Virus record (IMG/VR): IMGVR_UViG_3300042898_002514
Reading direction: 5' to 3' (one strand)
From: a virus
Length of the DNA: 64,000 nt
Part shown: one piece after another, positions 1 through 8,464 of the stretch
How the letters are laid out: the number at the start of each line of letters is the position of its first letter
Position numbering within the stretch: the stretch's first letter is position 1
Made by a program: the position numbers and the translations under genes
The notes under the pieces: model-generated
Database searches by the model: none
Told to the model about the DNA's origin: nothing
The model's input: the letters and a program-made list of their open reading frames with translations, nothing else

Positions 1-65
1 AAGCACCTTCTGTAATCTCAACTAGTGTAGCCATTTTGTTCGCTCCTGTGTGTTAGTAAGTCTCT

Positions 66-94
66 ATTATAGCAAAGAAAGCTCAATGTGTCAA
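66..94 (-). promoter_or_regulatory. sigma70-type early promoter TTGACA-17-TATAAT
   Basis: Plus strand ATTATA 66-71 and TGTCAA 89-94, 17-nt spacer; AGGAG RBS downstream. Confidence 0.85.
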
Positions 95-276
95 GCCCCG
101 TAGTAGGGACTGTATTCTTCGTGTGGCTGATCTGCCACATCCTCAACGCTCATCTCTGCCAGCGCACCCAATACAATCTCAATAGGGCACTCTAGTTCTG
201 CCGCAATGGCACGACTGTTGAAGCCCTCAATGTACAGTTGTTCAATGTCGTAGGCTAGATCTTTAATCGCGCTCAT
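91..276 (-). CDS. hypothetical early protein
   Basis: ATG at 276 overlaps the stop of the upstream ORF; GAGGAG RBS. Confidence 0.7.
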   Translation of the reverse strand: MSAIKDLAYDIEQLYIEGFNSRAIAAELECPIEIVLGALAEMSVEDVADQPHEEYSPYYGA

Positions 277-758
277 GCTGTCTCCTCTTGTGCAATACGA
301 TCTTGTTCGTCCATGATAGCGGACTCCAGTGTAACAAAGTCTCCGTCGTGATCGGATACAAACCAAACAGCCACACCGTTGTCATTGCGCAGGATGTAGT
401 CGTATTCTTCCCATTGGCCATCAATCAAAAAGTGTTCATAGTCTTTGAACTTTCTGGCACTCGTACCTGTCTCGCCACGATCACGTCCGTAGAATGTAGT
501 TGCACCCTGTGCCTGAGCCGCTTCGTACAATGCCTTCTGTGTATCGCCCTCGTGTGGGCTGAAGGGGTGCTTAGTGCCTACAATCTTGCCCAGTGAACTA
601 ATGTCTCCCAAGTCAATCAAGTCACGCAAGATGAACGGGTTTGAATAGTGCTTGAGCAAGATCTGCCCGTTGTGTGCCAAATAGCCGTCCCAGTGGCAGT
701 AGACCTGCTGGACTGTGCCGTCTGCGTACTCTAGCGCAATTGTGCTTCGTGTTCCCAT
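273..758 (-). CDS. hypothetical early protein (YCHWDGY motif)
   Basis: 161 aa ORF with AGGAG RBS and its own promoter. Confidence 0.85.
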   Translation of the reverse strand: MGTRSTIALEYADGTVQQVYCHWDGYLAHNGQILLKHYSNPFILRDLIDLGDISSLGKIVGTKHPFSPHEGDTQKALYEAAQAQGATTFYGRDRGETGTSARKFKDYEHFLIDGQWEEYDYILRNDNGVAVWFVSDHDGDFVTLESAIMDEQDRIAQEETA

Positions 759-790
759 TTGTCGCTCCTAATGTGTTTGTGTAAGTATCA

Positions 791-819
791 ATTATAACAG
801 CTTATGACAGTTCTGTCAA
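791..819 (-). promoter_or_regulatory. sigma70-type early promoter
   Basis: TTGACA-17-TATAAT on minus strand. Confidence 0.85.
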
Positions 820-1056
820 CTGAATGTCAGCAATAACCCTATCCTCATCGTGGTCATAGCTGAGAAACACTTTAGTACTATCTGTTCCGCCCTTGACTGG
901 AAAGACTGCTTGGTAGCAGAACTGTCCGCCGTTGGTAATGCCCAGGAACTTACAGGCTGTGAAGTTAGCACCTTTCCAGCCTGCCAGCTGTGCGGCCTTA
1001 GTCAGGTACTGTGGTGAATAGGTGGCAAGTACCTTTATTGTGTCTGCTGTAATCAT
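802..1056 (-). CDS. hypothetical early protein
   Basis: 84 aa ORF, AAGGAG RBS, own promoter. Confidence 0.8.
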   Translation of the reverse strand: MITADTIKVLATYSPQYLTKAAQLAGWKGANFTACKFLGITNGGQFCYQAVFPVKGGTDSTKVFLSYDHDEDRVIADIQLTELS

Positions 1057-1083
1057 ATCGCGCTCCTTTGTGTCTAAGTATCT

Positions 1084-1112
1084 ATTATAGCTTCAAACTG
1101 TGGACCTGTCAA
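1084..1112 (-). promoter_or_regulatory. sigma70-type early promoter
   Basis: TTGACA-17-TATAAT on minus strand. Confidence 0.85.
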
Positions 1113-1482
1113 CCCCTGCAGCATCTAGTTCCCAGCTCAAGTCCTGGAACTTCCTGTAGAGTCTGTAGACCTGCTGTTTAGCATTGGCCAAGCTCTGCTC
1201 AATGAGATCTTCTGCCGTACCGTCTGTCAAACACTCTCTAGCATCTTCGTAGAGCATACCGCCCAAGTGTTCTGAATCCAGCTCAAGTCCTTCAACTAAG
1301 ACACGTACCCGCAACACGAACCAATCCAAGTGGCCGTGTTCAATGTTGTGGTTGATTTCTGCAATGTCGAACTGAGTGTCATCAAAGCAGTCTGCAACAC
1401 TGATATCTTCCCAGGTCTTGTCCACGATGATCTCGTAGCCTTCGCGTTCGTATACAGCCAGTTCTTCGTAGTGTCTAGTCAT
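1093..1482 (-). CDS. hypothetical early protein (acidic)
   Basis: 129 aa ORF, AAGGA RBS. Confidence 0.8.
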   Translation of the reverse strand: MTRHYEELAVYEREGYEIIVDKTWEDISVADCFDDTQFDIAEINHNIEHGHLDWFVLRVRVLVEGLELDSEHLGGMLYEDARECLTDGTAEDLIEQSLANAKQQVYRLYRKFQDLSWELDAAGVDRSTV

Positions 1483-1682
1483 GCCAATTCCTTTGTGTGT
1501 TTGTCTATGCTAATTATACTGCCTTTTTGCCAATCTGTCAATACAAATCGCATTGGTGGATGCATACGTTGCAGTTCCGCAACCTTGCGACGAGCCCTAG
1601 CCAAGCTGAGCTCGTCACCCCAATAGTGTCCTGAGTACAGTTTGTCCTTGTAGAACATCTGGCATTCCCATTTGATCATCAC
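1479..1682 (-). CDS. hypothetical protein
   Basis: 67 aa ORF with ATGA overlaps at both ends. Confidence 0.6.
   Translation of the reverse strand: MMIKWECQMFYKDKLYSGHYWGDELSLARARRKVAELQRMHPPMRFVLTDWQKGSIISIDKHTKELA
1513..1541 (-). promoter_or_regulatory. sigma70-type early promoter
   Basis: TTGACA-17-TATAAT inside the upstream ORF. Confidence 0.8.
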
Positions 1683-1960
1683 ATGCTCCAGTAGAGTTCG
1701 CTTGAAGGATCACAACTCCGCGGAGTGTCGTGTGCTATTTGGATCTCTGCACCCGACATCAAGTTGGTCACAGTCTTCATTGTAGGGAAGTACTCAAAGC
1801 GCCAGCCCTGGGTTGCAGGGTACAGCCAGTAGAGTCCATTGCACTCGTTGCGCATAGCTTCTGCAGTACGGTCTTGCCATACTGTAGTACTAAACAGACG
1901 CTCGCCCGTTTTGGTGCGCTTGTCTGCTTTGTAGATGTACATGGTGTAATCTTGTTTCAT
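1679..1960 (-). CDS. hypothetical early protein
   Basis: ATG at 1960 after AAGGAG RBS. Confidence 0.8.
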   Translation of the reverse strand: MKQDYTMYIYKADKRTKTGERLFSTTVWQDRTAEAMRNECNGLYWLYPATQGWRFEYFPTMKTVTNLMSGAEIQIAHDTPRSCDPSSELYWSM

Positions 1961-1987
1961 TGCCGCTCCTTTGTTGTCTATGTGTCT

Positions 1988-2016
1988 ATTATAGCACCAA
2001 ACGGTCACCTTGTCAA
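1988..2016 (-). promoter_or_regulatory. sigma70-type early promoter
   Basis: TTGACA-17-TATAAT. Confidence 0.85.
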
Positions 2017-2355
2017 TCAGTCCCCACGAACATCCGTATTCAGTGTAGGGTTAATGGCACGGCGAAGTTCTACTTCACGCTTGTGGGCAGCCGCCTTGCC
2101 GCGAACTACTTCGTGTACCAATACTTCTATCTCGCTCTTGTCGCTGAGAGTGCGCAATGCATGACACAGAGCCCAATCCTTAGCTTCCTTTTTGGCACGA
2201 TAGAAGTGCTTGGCCGCACGAGCCAGCACGCTCTTATTAATAGTAGTCTCAGTCTTAGCTGTGACGCCTATGTAATTGCCGCCCGCAACACGCAACTCAT
2301 ATATGATATGATTGCGGTCTGTGCGCTTTTTACGGGGAGTGTTTTTTGTGTCCAT
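2017..2355 (-). CDS. GIY-YIG nuclease family protein
   Basis: IIY-x8-YIG motif, downstream R-x3-H and E-x9-LN; ATG 6 nt after TATAAT (probably leaderless). Confidence 0.7.
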   Translation of the reverse strand: MDTKNTPRKKRTDRNHIIYELRVAGGNYIGVTAKTETTINKSVLARAAKHFYRAKKEAKDWALCHALRTLSDKSEIEVLVHEVVRGKAAAHKREVELRRAINPTLNTDVRGD

Positions 2356-2361
2356 GTCGCT

Positions 2362-2390
2362 ATTATAGCGCACTTTGGCTGAACCGTCAA
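2362..2390 (-). promoter_or_regulatory. sigma70-type promoter TTGACG-17-TATAAT
   Basis: Read directly from sequence. Confidence 0.8.
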
Positions 2391-2552
2391 CCAAAAGGGA
2401 CTAGACCCTGATGAGTCTAGGGTTTCTCGTTCGCGACACGTGCTGTGTCACATGCTGCCAAAATGTAGCCAAAATGCCACAAATTGGGCTCAGCTGCGGC
2501 ACTCTCCTTTGCTGCGCAGCACTGTGGATGCTGCTCAAGCTGCAGGTGTACG

Positions 2553-2639
2553 TGGTACCCGGAGCCGGAATCGAACCGGCACGCTGTTGCCAGCGAGAGA
2601 TTTTAAGTCTCTTGTGTCTACCTATTTCACCATCCGGGT
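2553..2639 (-). tRNA. tRNA-Leu(TAA)
   Basis: Cloverleaf, anticodon loop CTTAAAA, long variable arm, GGTTCGATTCC T-arm, encoded CCA. Confidence 0.95.
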
Positions 2640-2655
2640 GTTGCTGCTGTTAACC

Positions 2656-2732
2656 TGGCCAGCCCTACTGGATTCGAACCAGTGGCCTACAGCTTAGAAG
2701 GCTGTTGCTCTATCCAACTGAGCTAAGGGCTG
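2656..2732 (-). tRNA. tRNA-Arg(TCT)
   Basis: CAGCCCT/AGGGCTG acceptor stem, loop CTTCTAA, encoded CCA. Confidence 0.95.
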
Positions 2733-2750
2733 ATTGTGTGCTGCAATGTT

Positions 2751-2828
2751 TGGTGGGCCCCCCGTGAGTCGAACACGGCACCAATGGATTATGAGTCCAC
2801 TGCTCTAACCAACATGAGCTAGGGGCCC
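2751..2828 (-). tRNA. tRNA with CAT anticodon, most likely Ile2 (lysidine, reads ATA)
   Basis: GGGCCCC acceptor stem and GACTCATAATC anticodon arm resemble ileX-type tRNAs; no fMet GGG/CCC anticodon stem. Confidence 0.8.
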
Positions 2829-2836
2829 GTATGCTG

Positions 2837-3160
2837 CTACTTTGTCTCGATACTTTTGACGAACTCCAGTTTGACTTTAATCTGCTGTTCTAGTTCACGC
2901 TGCTTGATCATGCGATATAAGGGTTCCATGTGTTCCTGAAACACCTCCGGCGATGTCTCTGTTGCACGAGTCATGTCCCAAGCATTAGGATAGTGTCTGA
3001 GTATGCTGCGAGCTTCCGCACGAACTGCCTTGGGCACACGGGGATATTCCCCACCCGCTAGTCGTTGTAGAAACTGTTGTGCATACTGTACAGCACGGTA
3101 TCTCTCATCTGGTAATGTCATTTCTCTGCTCCTAGATAATAACAACTTCTTCTTCAGCAT
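2837..3160 (-). CDS. hypothetical protein
   Basis: ORF; true start may be MTLPDER after GGAG. Confidence 0.7.
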   Translation of the reverse strand: MLKKKLLLSRSREMTLPDERYRAVQYAQQFLQRLAGGEYPRVPKAVRAEARSILRHYPNAWDMTRATETSPEVFQEHMEPLYRMIKQRELEQQIKVKLEFVKSIETK

Positions 3161-3166
3161 ATGTAT

Positions 3167-3195
3167 ATTATATGATCATTTGCGGTGTGTGTCAA
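3167..3195 (-). promoter_or_regulatory. sigma70-type promoter driving the ORF and the tRNA cluster
   Basis: TTGACA-17-TATAAT. Confidence 0.8.
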
Positions 3196-3403
3196 TCTTT
3201 TTGTGTTGTTTTTGAGCAATAGTTTCACAGTGTTCCAGGAACTCTCTATACAGTATGGCATCGTTTGAGAAGATTGATGCCAGATGTCCCAGTATGAATC
3301 CCTGTGTATATAGGGTATTAAGTCTAGTATCACCGTGAGGATTTAATACAGCTACAGTGTGTTGTATGTGATCTGCTATGGCCTGTATGTGATTCTGACT
3401 CAA
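3176..3403 (-). CDS. hypothetical protein
   Basis: 75 aa, TTG start after AGGAG; TAAATA upstream. Confidence 0.6.
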   Translation of the reverse strand: MSQNHIQAIADHIQHTVAVLNPHGDTRLNTLYTQGFILGHLASIFSNDAILYREFLEHCETIAQKQHKKIDTHRK

Positions 3404-3445
3404 GGTTCGCTCCTATAGTGTATTTACTGTAAGAGATCACATATA

Positions 3446-3945
3446 CAGCAGCGGGGCCTATGTGTGTCAAGTGGGTTTACGGTCCTATATAGTCTAAGTC
3501 GCTGCTATTAGACCGTGGATTTAGTATGAATAAATACTGGTAGCACCGTTAGACCACGGTTAAAACTAGGCCGATTGGGTCGTTTGGTTGGCAGAATTGC
3601 ACTTTATTGCACTATTTTGCACTTTGACACACCGTGGTATGTGAGGCATAGTTTAAATGGTGCCACCCAGTCTCCCACTCTATACACTGTCTCCCACGAT
3701 AATTCTCTATAGTTCTCTATAATTCACTATAATACCAATATATCAGCAGCGGGGCCTATTGCCAATATGTGCTTTTAGCCAGAGGGTCAACGCAGCCTTG
3801 AGCCTTATCACTCTACACACATACATATACACTATAATATACCCTACGCTATACACGCAGCCACACTTGTACACTATATCATACATATACACGCACACGC
3901 ACTTGCTATACACGCTATACTCTAACTATCAGCAGCGGGGCCTAT
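3446..3945. repeat. three exact copies of CAGCAGCGGGGCCTAT plus 10-bp-period tandem repeats in a non-coding strand-switch region
   Basis: Copies at 3446, 3744, 3930; TTGCACTWTN x3 at 3597-3626; ARTTCWCTAT x3 at 3701-3730. Confidence 0.9.
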
Positions 3946-4005
3946 ATGCTGTATTGGCGTTATATCTGTTTAATCTAGTTCAAATCTTTTGGTGTAAATA
4001 ACTCA

Positions 4006-4221
4006 ATGCAACATCCAGAAGCAACCATTGTGTGCTATCGTTATCAGGCTTGGATCACTGATCTTGACTGCGAACTAGTATGGCAGTTTGTACAGCGTCA
4101 CGGAGGCTATATCAGTATACGTCAAGATGCCATAGACTACTTTGTGCCCGTCAAATATCAAGTGTTGTTTGCTTTGGCCTATCCAGAACTCACTCGTCAG
4201 TACAATCTAGATCTAGTGTGA
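4006..4221 (+). CDS. hypothetical protein
   Basis: 71 aa; TAAATA 5 nt before ATG. Confidence 0.7.
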   Translation: MQHPEATIVCYRYQAWITDLDCELVWQFVQRHGGYISIRQDAIDYFVPVKYQVLFALAYPELTRQYNLDLV

Positions 4222-4283
4222 AAATTTTGCTCGCTTCGCGCCACTTTGTGGCTGGTAGAATTATGTGACCAGTTAAATACTCC

Positions 4284-5195
4284 ATGACAACCTTTACTGT
4301 AACAGACATCGACATTGTGTATTTGAGCTATGATGAGCCCAATGCAGAAGCCAACTGGGCTCACTTGCGGAACATATGCCCTTGGGCACAGCGTGTACAC
4401 GGCATCAAAGGTTCAGATCGGGCGCACAAGGCCTGTGCTGATATCACTGAAGGCACACACATGATCACTGTGGATGGGGACAATCAGATCAATCCCAAAT
4501 TTTTCAATCAGACCTGGTCATTTGATTCAAGCTGGAATGTTGATTCAAGTGTGCTCAGTTTCAGCTCGCTCAATGTCATAAACGGCTTGACCTATGGCAA
4601 TGGGGGCATCAAGTTATGGCCCAGACATGTGGTACACGCCATGCAGACACACGAAGCTGTCTCCTCGGGCTCAGCGGCTGTGGACTTTTGCTGGCATCTA
4701 GACTATGTGCTCATGCCCGGCATATGGAGCACCAGCTTGATCAATCACACACCCCATCAGGCCTGGCGAGCGGGCTTTCGCGAAGGGGTCAAGATGGCTC
4801 TGGTCAATGGCCAGCTGATCAAGAATCCTGCTGAGTGGCGCAGCAGTATGGCCAAGGTCAATTGGGATAGACTCACTGTGTGGCTGCAGGTGGGTCTGGA
4901 TCAGCAGAATGCTGCCTGGGCCATCATGGGTGCTCGTCAGGGTCTACACAGAGCCATGCTCACAGACTGGGATCATAGCCAGGTACAGTCATTTGATCAC
5001 CTAGATCACATATGGCACGAAGAAGTCCGAGACCTAGCTGACCCCCAGGGATATATTCGAGATCTGGGTGTGGAACTGCGCAACCGTTTGGGCATGGCCA
5101 TAGAACCTGAACCCCTTACACCAGCCCAGAGCAAGTGGTTTAAATCAGTGTTTCACCAGCCTGAACGAGTAGAACCCCGGAGACTGCGACCATGA
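4284..5195 (+). CDS. GT-A fold glycosyltransferase-like protein
   Basis: DIVYLSYDE N-terminus, ITVDGDN DxD motif, YGNGG motif. Confidence 0.7.
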   Translation: MTTFTVTDIDIVYLSYDEPNAEANWAHLRNICPWAQRVHGIKGSDRAHKACADITEGTHMITVDGDNQINPKFFNQTWSFDSSWNVDSSVLSFSSLNVINGLTYGNGGIKLWPRHVVHAMQTHEAVSSGSAAVDFCWHLDYVLMPGIWSTSLINHTPHQAWRAGFREGVKMALVNGQLIKNPAEWRSSMAKVNWDRLTVWLQVGLDQQNAAWAIMGARQGLHRAMLTDWDHSQVQSFDHLDHIWHEEVRDLADPQGYIRDLGVELRNRLGMAIEPEPLTPAQSKWFKSVFHQPERVEPRRLRP

Positions 5196-6640
5196 CCGAA
5201 ACAGCCAATCGCAGTGAGTTCTTGTTGGGTCTGGAAGAATACCTCAAGTATATTGGACAGCCCACGGCAGCAGATCTTGTGCATTCCGTGGCCCGTGGCC
5301 TACAGAGCGAAGACCCCAAGCTGGAACTCACACGATCACATCTACGCTATCTGTCTGCCACCTTGCCCCCTGAGTTGCGAGATCTAGCTGATCTTGTTCA
5401 CAGCATCAATAAATCGGGTGCAGACACTGAACAAGTTTATCGAATACTATTGAACTACTGCACACGAGTTCTTAAAACCACTTCAAACAGTCAAGAGTTG
5501 AGTGATCTAGCTGACCTATGTCACAGCATCAATAAATCGGGTGCAGACACTGAACAAGTTTATCGAATATTATTGAACTACTGCACACGAGTTCTTAAAA
5601 CCACTTCAAACAGTCAAGAGTTGAGTGATCTAGCTGACCTATGTCACAGCATCAATAAAAGTGAACCAGTTTCAGAAGCAGTTTACAAATCAATTCTACT
5701 GTACAATACCAACTTTATAAAATCTCGCGCAACTGTTACTCAACCAGAAAAAGAACAGGCAATTTTACGTGATCTAGCCAGTCTGTGCCATAACACAAGA
5801 ACTTCGGTTGACATCAAAGACATTTATAAAGCATTGTTACTGCACAGCACCAATATGTTGAAAATACAAGGGCTGGAAGAATTAGGCACAGAAACTGCAA
5901 AAATTCTAAGAAGCATGAGTCAAGAAGACTTTGCTGAGTTTACAGTTAAAACTCAATTGGCCAAATTAGATAGACAATTCCCCCATGACTCAATCTTTAG
6001 AAGTATCATGAGATATCTAAAACTCGATCTAGACAGTTCAGCCCTTCAAGATGCCTTTAGCCGCAGCCAGATCAAGAGCAAAATTTGGCTGGTACAAGAG
6101 TTGGCCAATCTCAATGTAACATATCACAATGTGTTGGTTATGGCAGGCTGGTTTGGCCAATTAAAAAACATCTACAAACAGCAGTTGACCTATCGCAAGA
6201 TGCGAGTACTAGAACTAGATCGAGCAGCCTGTGAAACTTCGGACTATGTGTTTAATCTAGACAATCTCACTGAACACAAGGTCAAAGCAGTGTGTACCGA
6301 TATTAACCAATTGACCCTGCACAAAAACGGCTATGAGTGGAGTGTGGAGAACTTTCGAGATGGTACAGCATACAGTGAAAAGTTCCTGCCTGATTTGATC
6401 ATCAACACTTCAGCAGAGCATATGACCGAAGAATGGTTTCACCAGCTGCGCTTCAAGCAACTAGACAGTGATCCCATTGTGGCCATACAGAGCAACAACC
6501 TATTTGATATACCCGAGCATGTGAACTGTGTACACAGTGTAGATCACATGATGAAAAAGTTCCCCATGCGTGAAGTGCTATTTGCCGGAGAGCTTCAGCT
6601 CAAGGGCTACAAACGTGTGATGTTGATAGGCAGAGTTTGA
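5192..6640 (+). CDS. class I SAM-dependent methyltransferase-like protein with N-terminal helical repeats
   Basis: VLVMAGWFG motif I, LELD acidic strand, INTSAEH; 41-aa repeats in the N-terminal half. Confidence 0.7.
   Translation: MTETANRSEFLLGLEEYLKYIGQPTAADLVHSVARGLQSEDPKLELTRSHLRYLSATLPPELRDLADLVHSINKSGADTEQVYRILLNYCTRVLKTTSNSQELSDLADLCHSINKSGADTEQVYRILLNYCTRVLKTTSNSQELSDLADLCHSINKSEPVSEAVYKSILLYNTNFIKSRATVTQPEKEQAILRDLASLCHNTRTSVDIKDIYKALLLHSTNMLKIQGLEELGTETAKILRSMSQEDFAEFTVKTQLAKLDRQFPHDSIFRSIMRYLKLDLDSSALQDAFSRSQIKSKIWLVQELANLNVTYHNVLVMAGWFGQLKNIYKQQLTYRKMRVLELDRAACETSDYVFNLDNLTEHKVKAVCTDINQLTLHKNGYEWSVENFRDGTAYSEKFLPDLIINTSAEHMTEEWFHQLRFKQLDSDPIVAIQSNNLFDIPEHVNCVHSVDHMMKKFPMREVLFAGELQLKGYKRVMLIGRV
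5381..5659 (+). repeat. 123-bp intragenic tandem repeat (about 2.3 copies)
   Basis: GATCTAGCTGA starts at 5381, 5504 and 5627; units nearly identical. Confidence 0.95.
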
Positions 6641-6861
6641 TGAACTTGGACCTGTTGGATCTTAGAACTCTGCAGAAAGAATCTGCACGGGCAATGACTG
6701 TGTTTGAAGCCACCAACAATGCCATCTACAAGTACAATCAGCAGGCTCATCACAACAGCGAAAACTGGTACAAGGCCGTGATCCGAGACTATGTGGCTCA
6801 GTACGGTGATCTTCCCAGTTGCACAGGACCGGGTCGAGATGTTAAACTGATAGTAGAATAA
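6637..6861 (+). CDS. hypothetical protein
   Basis: 74 aa, coupled to upstream stop. Confidence 0.7.
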   Translation: MMNLDLLDLRTLQKESARAMTVFEATNNAIYKYNQQAHHNSENWYKAVIRDYVAQYGDLPSCTGPGRDVKLIVE

Positions 6862-6864
6862 TAA

Positions 6865-7224
6865 ATGTTAGCCTTCTCCAGCAATTTAAAAATATACCTG
6901 TTTAAAGAAAAAAACAAGGTGAGTTTCAGTGTAAGGATCAGTGATTCTTTGGTAACTGAATATTCCTTTACCATTGACGAGTTCAACGAATTCATCAGTA
7001 CCTGGGATAAACCACAGGGCATCAATGCAGTTTATTCTGGAGTACACTGGAGTATTCTACATAAAACAACTACTGCTCGTCCTGAGGCCGGTTCTGCTAA
7101 CTATGTAAGATTGACTGCCAATAAGAATGGCATAGGGATGCATCATAGAGTAGATTACCTAGATATGCTTAATGTTAAAAAAGATTATTTTTATCAACAG
7201 AACAATAAAATGTATTGGGATTGA
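6865..7224 (+). CDS. hypothetical protein
   Basis: 119 aa ORF within the operon. Confidence 0.7.
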   Translation: MLAFSSNLKIYLFKEKNKVSFSVRISDSLVTEYSFTIDEFNEFISTWDKPQGINAVYSGVHWSILHKTTTARPEAGSANYVRLTANKNGIGMHHRVDYLDMLNVKKDYFYQQNNKMYWD

Positions 7225-7226
7225 TC

Positions 7227-8396
7227 ATGTACAGATACAACGAAATTAAAACAGTACATCTAGAAATCACAGCAGCCTGTAATGCCAGTTGTCCCATGTG
7301 CTCACGCAACATCAATGGGGGAGAAGTTAACCCACAGATGCCCGCCGCTGAACTTGATCTAGCAGCCATAGAAAAGATATTTGATCCTGAGTTTGTTAGG
7401 CAGTTGGATAGGATCTATCTCTGCGGCAATTTTGGAGATCCAATCGCAGCTCGAGATACTCTAGAAGCACTGAGTTATTTTAGAACTACCAACCCCAACA
7501 TCAACCTTAGTATGCATACTAATGCTTCAGCCAAGCGACCTGAATGGTGGGCAGAGTTGGCTCGGGTGATAGGACCCAAGGGCTATGTGGTATTCAGTCT
7601 AGACGGCCTAGAAGACACTAACCACCTGTACCGACAGGGCACTGTATGGTCAAAGATAATGGAAAATGCACGAGCTTTTATTGCCGCAGGTGGTCGTGCT
7701 CGTTGGGACTACATTGTGTTTGCTCACAATGAACATCAGGTAGAAGCTGCAGAAGCTCTTAGCAAAGACATGGGTTTTGAGCGTTTCCAATACAAGAAGT
7801 CTGCTAGATTTTTCAGTAATAGCAGCGGGATGACCAAAGAAATGCATCAGGCTGCCAATCGTCGAGGACTGGCTACTACACTGTTGCAACCTCCAACCAA
7901 TCCCAAATACAGAAATTCAGTAATCGACGAACTCAGCAAGATCAGTAAAAACAATCAACCCTTGAAGTTTTTGCCCAGCAGAGTGGTCGATGTAAAAGAC
8001 ACGCTGTACTCACAGACGTTCCACAGAGACCCTCTAAAGAAAAAACCCATGGAACGTGTCTGGGACGAAGCAGAAATAAAATGCAAGGTGCAAGAAGAAA
8101 AAAGTCTTTACATTTCAGCAGAGGGCATTGTACAACCCTGCTGCTGGACAGCCAATCAGATGTATGTTTGGTATTGGAATGAGCACGGTGGTCAAATATG
8201 GACGGCCATCGATGAAGTGGGCAAAGACACATTAAATGCCATTGATCACAGTCTAGAAAGCATAGTTGATGGCAGATACTTTCAAGAAGTTATTCCCGAG
8301 AGTTGGGGCAAATCTAGTTGTGCTGACGGCAAACTGGCAGTCTGTGCTAAAACCTGCGGTACTAAATATGATGCATTCAAGGAGCAATTTAAGTGA
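7227..8396 (+). CDS. radical SAM protein with C-terminal SPASM/twitch domain
   Basis: CNASCPMC; C-terminal C...PCC...C..TC. Confidence 0.92.
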   Translation: MYRYNEIKTVHLEITAACNASCPMCSRNINGGEVNPQMPAAELDLAAIEKIFDPEFVRQLDRIYLCGNFGDPIAARDTLEALSYFRTTNPNINLSMHTNASAKRPEWWAELARVIGPKGYVVFSLDGLEDTNHLYRQGTVWSKIMENARAFIAAGGRARWDYIVFAHNEHQVEAAEALSKDMGFERFQYKKSARFFSNSSGMTKEMHQAANRRGLATTLLQPPTNPKYRNSVIDELSKISKNNQPLKFLPSRVVDVKDTLYSQTFHRDPLKKKPMERVWDEAEIKCKVQEEKSLYISAEGIVQPCCWTANQMYVWYWNEHGGQIWTAIDEVGKDTLNAIDHSLESIVDGRYFQEVIPESWGKSSCADGKLAVCAKTCGTKYDAFKEQFK

Positions 8397-8464
8397 AATA
8401 TGTAGATATGGGATGTGTATGCATACACGATATAAGAGAGAGAAAAATTACTAATGACAACTGA
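8393..8464 (+). pseudogene. 23-aa minigene, probable deletion remnant of a radical SAM paralog
   Basis: GTG start overlapping the upstream stop, AAGGAG RBS; MKYVDMGCVCIHDIRERKITNDN resembles the C-terminus SCFCTHDMKARKFKI of the next gene. Confidence 0.55.

Noticed and set aside
2401-2440. CTGATGAG hammerhead-like core downstream of the tRNA cluster
   Set aside because: No GAAA after a stem II on that strand; the motif sits in a simple CTAGAC/GTCTAG hairpin
2411-2697. Plus-strand ORFs 2411-2653 and 2440-2697
   Set aside because: Antisense to tRNA genes
3446-3945. Triple 16-mer as a mini-CRISPR, and ORF 3759-4001 as a gene
   Set aside because: The repeat is too short and the gaps are 282 and 170 nt; the ORF is a low-complexity by-product with no RBS
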